Shown: positions 1-8,242 of the stretch, piece by piece
How positions within the stretch are numbered: the stretch's first letter is position 1
Layout: every line of letters starts with the position of its first letter
Source: a virus
Taxonomy: Duplodnaviria > Caudoviricetes
DNA length: 25,498 bases
Direction: 5' to 3' (one strand)
Virus record (IMG/VR): IMGVR_UViG_3300048578_000460
Location: 1 to 25,498 of that record
The notes under the pieces: model-generated
Seen by the model: only the letters and a program-made list of their open reading frames with translations
Told to the model about the DNA's origin: nothing
The model's database searches: none
Translations under genes and position numbers: made by a program

Positions 1-1980
1 ATGAGTGACACGGATAAATTCAATTTTTTCAGCCCTGTAGCGTTTGCAGACGCTGAATCCTTGTCACGCATGCTTGGACTGCAACCGGCAACATTTAGGC
101 AATGGAAGAAGCGTGGACAAGTTGATGCAAAATACATTCGCGAGGTCCCGGCACAAGGCGGTTTGAGCGGTAAGAAACTGGAGTTTATGCCAATCGGATT
201 GCCAGAGCCATATAGGGGAAAGTTCCTGGAATTGATTCTCCAAGATGACAATTTTGCAGGCCCCGGCGAATACCCCACGCTCGACACCGAAGAGTACCTC
301 CGCCTGCCCCAGTGGAAGCGTTCGGAATATGATAAGTGGTACACGATTCTGGTAAATGCTGCCGGTTTGGCCGGTAAAGAACTGAAAGAATATTGCCAGC
401 AGCATGGCGTTTCGTGGCAGACATTTTACCGCAAAAGAGATGCTTATGTGAAGCACGGCCCGGAAGCACTGATGCCGAAATACGGGATAAATGCAGGCCG
501 GACAACCGTGCACGATGCCGATTTCCAGCTCTTTTGGAGCTTCGTGGCCAGCGACAACAAAGTGAATTACAAGGTGGCTTGGCAGTTAACACGTGCCCAG
601 GCTATCGAAGATGGACGCATACAGGCCGGAGACGATTTTCCGTGCGTCCAAACCTTTATCAACCGCGCGAAGAAGGAAAAAGGGCCGGTTGCGCTTGAGA
701 TTTCGCGGAACGGCATCGAAAAGTTTATGCAGAAAAGCGGCCTGAATATTACCCGGAACTGGAAAGACCTTGAAGTAAACGATCTGTGGGTATCTGACCA
801 CCGGCAGCTGGATGTAATGTTTTTTGACGGAAAAGGCCAGCCTTACCGGCCTTGGCTTACCGCGTGGATCGATGCAAAATCGGATTGCGCGGTAGGCTGG
901 TACCTGCACAAAGAGGCGCCGAATTCCGATCACATCAAAATTGCGCTCAAGTGGGCCATTCTGGCCTTCGGCGCACCAAAAGAAGTGTATATCGACAACG
1001 GTAAGGACTACCGCGCCCGTGATTTTTCCGGCGGCAGGAACTCCGTTCGCAATCCACACAAAGACACTACCAGCCAGCAGGAAACAACCTCTATGCTGGG
1101 ACTTCTGGGGATAAAAGTGCGTTTTGCGCTGCCATACAATCCGCAGTCTAAGGTGATTGAGCCGTGGTTTAAACAGATGCGGGCCTATTTGGATCCACTG
1201 ATGAAGGGCCATATCGGAAACCGTCCGGAAAACCGTCCGGAAGGTGTGAAAGAACTGCTCAAAAATCCGCTTCAAAAGAATTTCCCGACACTGGAACAGG
1301 GACGGGCTTTTCTGGATGACGCCATAGGCATACGCAACAACCGGACACGCGAAAGCGGACGCATCGAAGGCCTTAAACCCATCGACTTACAGCACCAGGT
1401 GCAGCGGAAACGCATGCCTTCAAAGGTTGCCCTGGACATTCTTTCCATGCGCAAAACGGCAGAATTAACGGTGCGTAAATCGCGCGTTACCGTGCACGGA
1501 ATTGAGTTCGGAAACGGGATTGAACTCTTGCCTTATGAAGGTCAAAAGGTGTTCTGCCGGTTCGATCCGCAAGATTTCAACTACGTTTTGGTATTCAGCC
1601 CGGCAACATCGGAACTGCTTTGCAGAGCGGAAGAAAACGCTTACACCAGTCCGGCCATTGCGCGTACCACTGAGGACTTTGAACGCCTGAAAGACCTTCA
1701 GAAAATGAAGGCTGAGCACAGGAAAATAGCCAAGGAATTGGCCGACGCGGAACCCGTTCCCGATGCGTCAAAACTGCTGAGAACGTACAGGGAGCAGACC
1801 GAAAAAGAGCTTAAACCAACCGGCACCGGCGGCCCGATCATCGAGCGTATTGCCACACCGCTTGACCAGGCTAATTCGCGCATCCAGGAGCAGGCGAAGC
1901 AATATCAGTTTATCCCGCCACCCGCTCCGGCACCGGCGGCACGCGGGCGTTCGCTCAAAATCTTCAACGAAGAATTCTGA
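1..1980 (+). CDS. MuA-like DDE transposase (N-terminal HTH domains, RNase H core, C-terminal beta-barrel)
   Basis: 659 aa; catalytic motifs WVSDHRQLD, YIDNGKDY and PYNPQSKVIEPWF; C-terminal V..RFDPQD...VLV; directly upstream of an AAA ATPase. Confidence 0.95.
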   Translation: MSDTDKFNFFSPVAFADAESLSRMLGLQPATFRQWKKRGQVDAKYIREVPAQGGLSGKKLEFMPIGLPEPYRGKFLELILQDDNFAGPGEYPTLDTEEYLRLPQWKRSEYDKWYTILVNAAGLAGKELKEYCQQHGVSWQTFYRKRDAYVKHGPEALMPKYGINAGRTTVHDADFQLFWSFVASDNKVNYKVAWQLTRAQAIEDGRIQAGDDFPCVQTFINRAKKEKGPVALEISRNGIEKFMQKSGLNITRNWKDLEVNDLWVSDHRQLDVMFFDGKGQPYRPWLTAWIDAKSDCAVGWYLHKEAPNSDHIKIALKWAILAFGAPKEVYIDNGKDYRARDFSGGRNSVRNPHKDTTSQQETTSMLGLLGIKVRFALPYNPQSKVIEPWFKQMRAYLDPLMKGHIGNRPENRPEGVKELLKNPLQKNFPTLEQGRAFLDDAIGIRNNRTRESGRIEGLKPIDLQHQVQRKRMPSKVALDILSMRKTAELTVRKSRVTVHGIEFGNGIELLPYEGQKVFCRFDPQDFNYVLVFSPATSELLCRAEENAYTSPAIARTTEDFERLKDLQKMKAEHRKIAKELADAEPVPDASKLLRTYREQTEKELKPTGTGGPIIERIATPLDQANSRIQEQAKQYQFIPPPAPAPAARGRSLKIFNEEF

Positions 1981-2018
1981 AAAAACCGGAGGCCGATTGT
2001 TCGCAGCAACCGGCCTCC
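1981..2018 (-). terminator. Intergenic hairpin; intrinsic terminator geometry on the minus strand
   Basis: GGAGGCCG (1988-1995) pairs with CGGCCTCC (2011-2018), with an inner TTGTT/AGCAA stem; an A-run precedes it on + (U-tract on -). Confidence 0.5.
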
Positions 2019-2039
2019 ATAACCACAAAAACAACCACC

Positions 2040-2924
2040 ATGACCGAACAAATGACCATACGGGACCTGATGCGGCAGCGTGTTGACAACGGCGAAATAA
2101 CCATAAAGGCTATCTCGCAGGCTGTTGGCAAAAGCACCGCTACCATATCTCTGTGGATTGCCGGAAAATATACGGGCAACGTCGATGAAATAGAAGCCGC
2201 CGTAACGGAATGGCAGGAAAGGCAGCACCAGCGTGAAATAGACGCCGTTACGTGCCTGGAAACCTCGGTTTTTAAGAAACTGAACGAACTGGCCAGCCTG
2301 GCTCACACGCAAGGCGGTTTGTACGTAGGCTTTGGCGCGGCCGGCATCGGAAAAACCACGGCAATCCGCAGCTATGCGGAGATTCGCCCGTCGGTAATTC
2401 TGATTGAGGTTGACCGCACCTACACCACGCTTGCGCTGATGCGCGAATTGCACCGGAAATGCGGTTTTGACGGATCCGGATCGCTCCATTCCATTATGGC
2501 CGACCTGATTACGAAGCTGAAATCTTCGCAGCGCCTCATCATTATTGATGAAGCTGAGCACCTGCCAGCCCGCGCGCTCGACATCCTGCGCTCACTGTAC
2601 GACAAAACCGGCATCGGAATTATGCTGGTAGGCCTTGAGCAGCTTATTGCGAACCTGCGCGGTGTTAAGTACGATTTCCGGCAGCTGTACAGCCGGGTAA
2701 ATCTGGCCATCCGGCTGGAGGAATGCAGCGATGATGATGTTGCTAAGCTGGTTCACCACGCTATTCCGGGCTCTAACGGGCTTTGGAAAGCATTCGCAAA
2801 GCGTACCAGAAACGCACGTTCGCTGGATAAGCTCATAAAGCAGGCAAAACGCCTGGCTTCGATTAACCGGATTGGCGTTGACGCTGCCCTGGTAGATGAA
2901 ACCGCTCAACTCTTGATCCTTTGA
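2040..2924 (+). CDS. MuB-like AAA+ transposition ATPase
   Basis: N-terminal HTH, Walker A GAAGIGKT, Walker B LIIIDEAE, QLYSRV arginine-finger region; adjacent to the transposase. Confidence 0.95.
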   Translation: MTEQMTIRDLMRQRVDNGEITIKAISQAVGKSTATISLWIAGKYTGNVDEIEAAVTEWQERQHQREIDAVTCLETSVFKKLNELASLAHTQGGLYVGFGAAGIGKTTAIRSYAEIRPSVILIEVDRTYTTLALMRELHRKCGFDGSGSLHSIMADLITKLKSSQRLIIIDEAEHLPARALDILRSLYDKTGIGIMLVGLEQLIANLRGVKYDFRQLYSRVNLAIRLEECSDDDVAKLVHHAIPGSNGLWKAFAKRTRNARSLDKLIKQAKRLASINRIGVDAALVDETAQLLIL

Positions 2925-2928
2925 GGAA

Positions 2929-3228
2929 ATGATGGCTGTTCAACTAAATGTGCATGATACAGTGACCCACTGGAGCCATATCCACGAAGACCTTTTTCGT
3001 CTGTTCCTAATTGAGAAAATGAAGTCATATGCTACTTCATTGGGCCAGTTAGGGACTATTGATTTGAACCCGGAACAAATGCAAATCTGCATTGAAGCCG
3101 CAAAAATAGGCTTTAACGCTGGGCTTCCAGAAAAATTCCAGATCGGCAAGGTGGAGCAACCGCATCCAAATAGCCGCTTGTTGTATTTCCGCGCATCATT
3201 AAAGCAACAGGGAGCCCGCAAAATATGA
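2929..3228 (+). CDS. Hypothetical protein, AT-richer than its neighbours
   Basis: 99-aa ORF filling the gap, GAGG upstream, ATGA overlap with the next gene. Confidence 0.7.
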   Translation: MMAVQLNVHDTVTHWSHIHEDLFRLFLIEKMKSYATSLGQLGTIDLNPEQMQICIEAAKIGFNAGLPEKFQIGKVEQPHPNSRLLYFRASLKQQGARKI

Positions 3229-3491
3229 CACGCTCCTTCTCCCGCGCGCAGCTTCGCGTGCATGCCATCTTTGCCCAGGTGTGGAACCGCGATGCCGCCG
3301 ACTACGCCAGCGCATGGTTTCGTACCCACGCACGGGTATTCATCTTCACCCCCAGGGGTGATCAGGATTACGAGGAAATGGTCCGCTACGCCGCACTGCG
3401 CGAAACACGGGCTAAAACGCTTACGCCGCGCACCTTCCTGGTAAACAAAGGCGACAAACTCATACCCGTTATTGAACAGCGGAGAATCTGA
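3225..3491 (+). CDS. Hypothetical early protein
   Basis: 88 aa, tightly coupled in the operon. Confidence 0.7.
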   Translation: MTRSFSRAQLRVHAIFAQVWNRDAADYASAWFRTHARVFIFTPRGDQDYEEMVRYAALRETRAKTLTPRTFLVNKGDKLIPVIEQRRI

Positions 3492-3493
3492 CC

Positions 3494-3760
3494 GTGGCTA
3501 AAACCCCCGTTTTTAACGTCTGGCACCCGGTTCTTTGGACCGACCTGCACGAAAAAGCCCTGCGCACGGCGCTTGACCTGCTTACCCACGATACCGCCCT
3601 CGATATCGAAACGGAAGGCAAAGCGGCCACCGAAAAACTGGCTGAGTACGCCCATAAAGGACACCCGGATTACCCGGAAATCATGTTCGAAAAGACCGGC
3701 GATAACCGCTTCGCCGCCTACCGCTCCCTTGTACTAATCCCAAACAAAACCCAACCCTGA
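3494..3760 (+). CDS. Hypothetical early protein
   Basis: 88 aa, GTG start 2 nt after the previous stop. Confidence 0.7.
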   Translation: MAKTPVFNVWHPVLWTDLHEKALRTALDLLTHDTALDIETEGKAATEKLAEYAHKGHPDYPEIMFEKTGDNRFAAYRSLVLIPNKTQP

Positions 3761-3763
3761 ATC

Positions 3764-4303
3764 ATGGCACGTAAACAAGTAAAAACCAACGAAATCGAAA
3801 TACACAGCTGGGAGGAGGCCGATGCCGCCCTGCGCGAAATCGCCGTGCTGAAAAGCCGCGTGGACGCACGCATTGCCGTGTACAACGAAGAAGAGCAGCA
3901 GCGCCGTAAGGCCGTAACCGAAGCCAATACGCCCGACCTGGAAAAGGTGGAACGTTTTGAACTCGGTTTGAAAGCGTTCTGCGAGAACAACCGGGCGGAT
4001 TTCGGCAAGCTGAAAACCCGCGAAATGGCCCACGGAAGCGTGAATTTCCGCACTTCGCCGCCTAAGGTGGCCACCAGAAAAGGCTTCACGTTCGCTTCGG
4101 TGATGGAGCTGGTTAAACGCTCGGTGTGGAAGGATGAATTCATCCGCACCAAAGAGGAACTGGACAAGGAAACCATCCTGATCGCGTCCACACGCAAGGA
4201 AAGCGCTGTTTCTGCCGATGATCTGGCGGCGCTGGGCCTGCAGATTGTGCAGGATGAGACGTTCGGCTACGAAGTGAAATTAGCTGTGGCGGAGGTGGCA
4301 TAA
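3764..4303 (+). CDS. gam: Mu Gam-like host-nuclease inhibitor (DNA end-binding)
   Basis: 179 aa; I.SWEEAD.AL..I coiled coil, G.V.FRTSPPKV and FIRTKEELDKE motifs; typical Mu early position. Confidence 0.88.
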   Translation: MARKQVKTNEIEIHSWEEADAALREIAVLKSRVDARIAVYNEEEQQRRKAVTEANTPDLEKVERFELGLKAFCENNRADFGKLKTREMAHGSVNFRTSPPKVATRKGFTFASVMELVKRSVWKDEFIRTKEELDKETILIASTRKESAVSADDLAALGLQIVQDETFGYEVKLAVAEVA

Positions 4304-4560
4304 TGGCCAGCAAATTCATTGGCATTCGCAGCCTGCAGGAAGTGCCGAAAAGCATGCGTGACGGCGGCAGCAAGTTCGACCTGGATATCGACACCATCCG
4401 TCTGAATCTGAAGAAATATCCCGGCCAGGCGGTGGAGCTGCAGGCAGACGAAAAGCACTGCGCCGGGCTGCTGGGCATGATCAAAAAACGCCATCCGGAA
4501 TGGAAAGGCGTCATTCGCAATAAAACCAACCTTTTTGTCTGGGAAGTAGCTAAGCCCTGA
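4303..4560 (+). CDS. Hypothetical protein
   Basis: 85 aa; TAATG coupling to gam. Confidence 0.75.
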   Translation: MASKFIGIRSLQEVPKSMRDGGSKFDLDIDTIRLNLKKYPGQAVELQADEKHCAGLLGMIKKRHPEWKGVIRNKTNLFVWEVAKP

Positions 4561-4566
4561 CAAACC

Positions 4567-4636
4567 AGCCGGAAGCGCTGCGCCTTTTATGGTGCAGAGA
4601 ATTGGATGCATGCGGGTTCGAATCCCGCTCCGGCGC
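4567..4636 (+). ncRNA. tRNA-like element 1 (acceptor stem and canonical T-arm, non-canonical middle)
   Basis: GCCGGA (4568-4573) pairs with TCCGGC (4629-4634); T-arm GCGGG-TTCGAAT-CCCGC (4612-4628); one 7-bp hairpin at 4578-4597; fills the intergenic gap. Confidence 0.6.
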
Positions 4637-4645
4637 CTACAAACC

Positions 4646-4918
4646 ATGAAACCCGAATACTGGAAAATGGACGAAATCCACGGACCGCAAACCGTTGCTT
4701 TTCTGGAAGCCGCCGCCGCTGATCGCGGTGCGCTGCTTGATTGGATGCGCGGCAACCGCACGCAGCTTTTGCATGTTTTCGGGCCGGAAACCGCTCTAAA
4801 AAACGTGCAGGCACAGGCCTTCAAGATTGGCGGAACCAAGGCCGAACCGATGCAGCTGGAGGCGGAAATGCTGGATTACGATCTGCTTGAAATACGGAGG
4901 GTGAAACATGCCAAATAA
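4646..4918 (+). CDS. Hypothetical protein (about 90 aa, MKPEYWK...)
   Basis: Start moved from 4589 to 4646: AAACC-ATG context like other genes here, and it avoids the tRNA-like element. Confidence 0.7.
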   Translation: MKPEYWKMDEIHGPQTVAFLEAAAADRGALLDWMRGNRTQLLHVFGPETALKNVQAQAFKIGGTKAEPMQLEAEMLDYDLLEIRRVKHAK

Positions 4919-5423
4919 ATCGCTTCAGATTCGCATTCAGCTGGCTAAAAAGGCGCTGAAACTGGAAGATTACCAGTACCGGGCGCTGCTCTCAGGGTTT
5001 GGCGTGGAAAGCTCCAAAGACCTTACCGACGGGCAGGCAATGGCGCTGCTGGCCACGTTTAATAAAATGGGTTACGAACCCGGAGCGAAGTACAATAAAC
5101 TGGTTGCCCGCGGCGCTGATGCGGCCACGCCGCGCCAGCTGCGCTATATCGAAGGCTTGTGGGAAAAAACCGCCCGTGACCCGTCGAAAAATGCGCTCCG
5201 GGCGTTCATCAAACGGCTTACGCAAGTCGACTCCATTGAGTGGATATCCCGCCAGCAGGCGCACATCGTTATTTCAGCCCTGCAGAAGATGGAAGGCGAC
5301 CGTGCCGAAATGGCCGTAGAACTGGCGCAGCACATGCTCAAAAAGCCCGCCCCGGAGTATGCTTCCGGTGTAGATTCTGGCGTTGATACGTCTGCTAATG
5401 ACCTACCAAAAAACGCTGATTAA
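4908..5423 (+). CDS. gemA: GemA / Mu gp16 (DUF1018) family regulatory protein
   Basis: I..AKK.L.L.D..YRALL...G..SSKDLT motif, Q.RYI..LW and ALRAFIKR; sits upstream of mor. Confidence 0.88.
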   Translation: MPNKSLQIRIQLAKKALKLEDYQYRALLSGFGVESSKDLTDGQAMALLATFNKMGYEPGAKYNKLVARGADAATPRQLRYIEGLWEKTARDPSKNALRAFIKRLTQVDSIEWISRQQAHIVISALQKMEGDRAEMAVELAQHMLKKPAPEYASGVDSGVDTSANDLPKNAD

Positions 5424-5432
5424 CGCACTATT

Positions 5433-5753
5433 ATGAAAGACTTGAACTGGATTGATGACATCGACGATCTGAGTGAAGTACTCGATAAAGACACCCGGCT
5501 TATTGCTAAAACCTGCGGTATCGATGTGCTGAAAACGCTGTGGCAGCATGTGCCGGGCGTTACGCTGTACATCTCTGAACGCGGCCTGAACGAAGCCCGG
5601 AAACGGTATATCTGGAAGCATGCCGACGGCAGCAATACCCACGAATTATGCGTGAAACTGGGCGTTTCGGAAAGCTTTGTCTATAAGGCAATGCAGGAGC
5701 GCGCACGCCGGAACGCGGCCAAACAGGAACGTAAACCGGACCTTTTTTCGTGA
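5433..5753 (+). CDS. Mor/C-family transcription activator
   Basis: 106 aa; G...L..L....G.TLYI dimerisation segment and C-terminal HTH (ELCVKLGVSESFVYK); follows gemA as in Mu. Confidence 0.85.
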   Translation: MKDLNWIDDIDDLSEVLDKDTRLIAKTCGIDVLKTLWQHVPGVTLYISERGLNEARKRYIWKHADGSNTHELCVKLGVSESFVYKAMQERARRNAAKQERKPDLFS

Positions 5754-6181
5754 TGGAAAATGTAAGGCCTCAGCCACCAGCGGTCAGCCCTCAGCCGGAT
5801 GCATTAGAAATTCGGGCAGGAAAGCTGCTGAACTGGATTCAGACCGAGCTGCAGAACGTGAGCCGCCTGCGCAGCCAGCTTACTCCGGAACAGGCTGTAA
5901 AACTGCTTACCGCCTACACTACCGAAGAAATATGGAAGACGCTGGAGCAGATGGAAAACCATGCGCAGCTGGCTAAAAAGTACGTTTCGGTGTACCTGAC
6001 GCTGAAAAACTGGATTGAAAACCAGCGCACGCAGAAAGCCGCCAAAGGCTTATACACCCACGGCAGCGCCCTGGGCTGGCTGCAGCGCAGCGGTGCCGGA
6101 AACGACGCCTTCGATGTGTTTTTTGAACCCGCCGGAACCGACACGGCCACCGGCATAAAGCTGTACCGGAGGAAGTTTTAG
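5750..6181 (+). CDS. Hypothetical protein
   Basis: 143 aa, overlap-coupled; segment LEQMENH..L.KKYVSVYLTLKNW recalls the C-termini of Bacteroidota phage replication proteins (from memory). Confidence 0.75.
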   Translation: MMENVRPQPPAVSPQPDALEIRAGKLLNWIQTELQNVSRLRSQLTPEQAVKLLTAYTTEEIWKTLEQMENHAQLAKKYVSVYLTLKNWIENQRTQKAAKGLYTHGSALGWLQRSGAGNDAFDVFFEPAGTDTATGIKLYRRKF

Positions 6182-6415
6182 ATGGATCCGTATTTCGTGA
6201 TTTTTCTGGAAAAGGTTGAAACCATGCGCGAGCTGCAGAACCGCTACAAGCGCACCCGGATGCCGATGGAGCTGGAGGCCGCCCGCAAAGCCGTACAGGA
6301 AGTGGACGAATACATCCGCATGATTCGCGGGCAGTATTTCCCGCACGCTGGCCCAAATAGGCCGAAAACGGTAAGCGATTTTAGTGTAAAAGACCTGTTA
6401 AACCATAAATCATAA
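6182..6415 (+). CDS. Small helical hypothetical protein
   Basis: 77 aa; starts immediately after the previous stop. Confidence 0.75.
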   Translation: MDPYFVIFLEKVETMRELQNRYKRTRMPMELEAARKAVQEVDEYIRMIRGQYFPHAGPNRPKTVSDFSVKDLLNHKS

Positions 6416-6419
6416 CACA

Positions 6420-6599
6420 ATGGAAAAAACCTACACCAAAGCCGACCTGGTCTCGTTCGGCAATTACCTGCTCTCTGAAAAGCGGTTTAACCTGTTTGAA
6501 GGCAACCCGCTTTTTACGCCGGAAACCCTCGAAATGCGGCTTAGCTGCGTACACGATGCCGATATTGCCAACTGGCAGGAGGAGCAGCAAAAAGAGTGA
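6420..6599 (+). CDS. 59-aa hypothetical protein absent from the ORF track (MEKTYTKADLVSFGNYLLSEKR...HDADIANW...)
   Basis: Translated by hand: ATG at 6420 to TGA at 6597-6599, in operon orientation and filling the gap. Confidence 0.75.
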   Translation: MEKTYTKADLVSFGNYLLSEKRFNLFEGNPLFTPETLEMRLSCVHDADIANWQEEQQKE

Positions 6600-6631
6600 T
6601 TTGCTTTAACCCCGGCTTTTGGCTATGTTTC
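6600..6631 (+). promoter_or_regulatory. Promoter of the antirepressor cassette
   Basis: TTGCTT-17 nt-TATGTT; also reads as Bacteroidota-type TTTG-20 nt-TATGTTTC. Confidence 0.55.
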
Positions 6632-6670
6632 GAATGCGCTACCAACGCAAACGAAAACTTATTGAAAGCC

Positions 6671-6691
6671 GGTCGCTTTCGCGGCCTTTTT
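6671..6691 (+). terminator. Leader terminator/attenuator
   Basis: GGTCGC-TTTC-GCGGCC followed by TTTTT. Confidence 0.55.
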
Positions 6692-6742
6692 CATTTATAG
6701 CCACCAATCGGGTCGGGCTGTAGATGTTTGAAGGACTTTGAG

Positions 6743-6820
6743 GCGGGTCGGCGTCATCCGTGAAATCGGATGGCAGGTTTTTACTCAATGAGTTTTCGCC
6801 TGTTGGTAGCGTCGGCCCGT
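6743..6820 (+). ncRNA. C4/CI-type antisense RNA
   Basis: Three-stem junction: P1 6743-6753/6810-6820, P2 hairpin with a TGAAAT loop, P3 CAGGT/GCCTG. Its unpaired parts are complementary to 6637-6665 upstream and to 6831-6856 at the Bro-N start. Confidence 0.72.
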
Positions 6821-6845
6821 TCTCTTCTAACTACCAAAATCGAAA

Positions 6846-7472
6846 ATGAAAACTCAATCTTACCTTCAAAAGTTCGAATTTAATTCGACTCCGATACAAG
6901 TTGTCGGTTCACCTGAAACTCCTCTTTTTGTAGCCAAAGACGTGTGTACCGCGCTTGGTTACGTAGAGGAAAACAAGGCACTTCGTAAGCTGGACGATGA
7001 CGAAAAGCTACCCGGTAAAATTTACCGGTCAGGTCAGCACAGAACAGTTATGTGCGTAAATGAAGCCGGATTGTACACCCTGATGCTTCGTTCCACCAAA
7101 CCCGAAGCAAAGGCGTTCAAGCGCTGGGTAACGCACGAAGTTCTTCCGGCCATCCGCAAAACCGGCGGGTATGGTGCGGCGCAGCAGGTGCCCGCATCCA
7201 AACAGATTCCACAACCGGAGCCGCAAAACGGCTATCTGGTCGAAAAGGTGGCGCTTCTGGAGGAAATCGTACAGCTGCAAAAGCAGGTTTTGGCGCAAAA
7301 AGAGAAGCCTTTAAAGGTCAAGAAAACAATCCGGCCAGTAACCGACGCAGAACGTGAACTCATTTTGGATTTACGCACCCAAGGGGTTACTTACAACGAA
7401 ATTGCACGGCGTTCAGGTAGAGCTCGCAGTGTGGTTCAGTATCAACTCAGAAAAATGGGAGACATACAATGA
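6846..7472 (+). CDS. Bro-N family antirepressor with C-terminal HTH
   Basis: FVAKDVC.ALG, VNEAGLY.L.LRS.KPEAK.FKRWVTHEVLPAIRKTGGY; C-terminal G.TYNEIARRSGR HTH. Confidence 0.92.
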   Translation: MKTQSYLQKFEFNSTPIQVVGSPETPLFVAKDVCTALGYVEENKALRKLDDDEKLPGKIYRSGQHRTVMCVNEAGLYTLMLRSTKPEAKAFKRWVTHEVLPAIRKTGGYGAAQQVPASKQIPQPEPQNGYLVEKVALLEEIVQLQKQVLAQKEKPLKVKKTIRPVTDAERELILDLRTQGVTYNEIARRSGRARSVVQYQLRKMGDIQ

Positions 7473-7663
7473 GCCGCACCGAACTGAACGAACTGGCCGA
7501 CCTGTTAAGCCGCCGCCTGGCCATCCTCGATATGCTGGTGGATGCCGCCAACGAAGTGGCCAGCGACAACCGGTTTCCGCTGGCGCTCCAAACCGCCCTG
7601 GATGATCTGCGGGAAACCCTCAACCCGGTAATGAACGCAAGCGCCGTGCACATCGCGGCGTAA
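7469..7663 (+). CDS. Hypothetical protein (64 aa)
   Basis: ATGA overlap with bro; followed by a terminator. Confidence 0.65.
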   Translation: MSRTELNELADLLSRRLAILDMLVDAANEVASDNRFPLALQTALDDLRETLNPVMNASAVHIAA

Positions 7664-7674
7664 AATCGCTAATC

Positions 7675-7711
7675 AAAAAATAGCCCCGCCGCTTGTAGCG
7701 CTGGGGCTTTT
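7675..7711. terminator. Intrinsic terminator, probably bidirectional
   Basis: A-run, then an AGCCCC...GGGGCT stem, then TTT. Confidence 0.65.
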
Positions 7712-7750
7712 CACTACCTTCCAATCAAGACCTTGACCAATTCAAATACC

Positions 7751-8152
7751 ATGAAAAACATAACGCTGATCGTTTTTTCTCTTCTTATAGCCTCGTGTAA
7801 CCCAAAGGGTTATGAAATCGAATGGGGCAGAACTATCGATGACAAAAATCTGAATTCGATTTTTGCATTCAAAATCAACGTGCCGGTAGCAAGCTTACAA
7901 GATTCCGCATTCAAAGAGAAGTTTATCGCAAATGTGCGTAGAGACGCGCGGAAAGAAATGGAAGGCATCTGGCGAAGTAACAAAAAAGTTGTTTTTTGCT
8001 ACTACATCAATAAGCCTCCTTATGAATTTATTCGCGTGCGTACGTTTAACGAGGCGCTTACGAACGCGATTGATTATAAACCCGGTTTCGTTTTCGTGAA
8101 GGATCCGTACGGTGCCGAAAAATTCGAATATTTCGAATCCTGGTTTTATTAG
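7751..8152 (+). CDS. Lipoprotein moron (possible superinfection exclusion)
   Basis: ATG at 7751 gives signal peptide MKNITLIVFSLLIAS-C (lipobox); AT-rich; flanked by terminators. Confidence 0.75.
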   Translation: MKNITLIVFSLLIASCNPKGYEIEWGRTIDDKNLNSIFAFKINVPVASLQDSAFKEKFIANVRRDARKEMEGIWRSNKKVVFCYYINKPPYEFIRVRTFNEALTNAIDYKPGFVFVKDPYGAEKFEYFESWFY

Positions 8153-8170
8153 CCTACGATTCTAGTTTTT

Positions 8171-8206
8171 AAAAAAGCCCCGATACTTACCACATCGGGG
8201 CTTTTT
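8171..8206. terminator. Bidirectional intrinsic terminator between convergent units
   Basis: AAAAAAGCCCCGAT...ATCGGGGCTTTTT. Confidence 0.85.
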
Positions 8207-8242
8207 CATTTATGCAAACAGAAGAAACGTTTACTCTGGGTT

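Noticed and set aside
1-2924. Tn7/CAST-type TnsB-TnsC pair
   Set aside because: No TniQ, Cas genes or CRISPR array; the context is a full Mu-like phage.
4612-4636. tRNA 3' fragment as an integrase att site
   Set aside because: No integrase in the window, the element is internal, and both acceptor strands are present.
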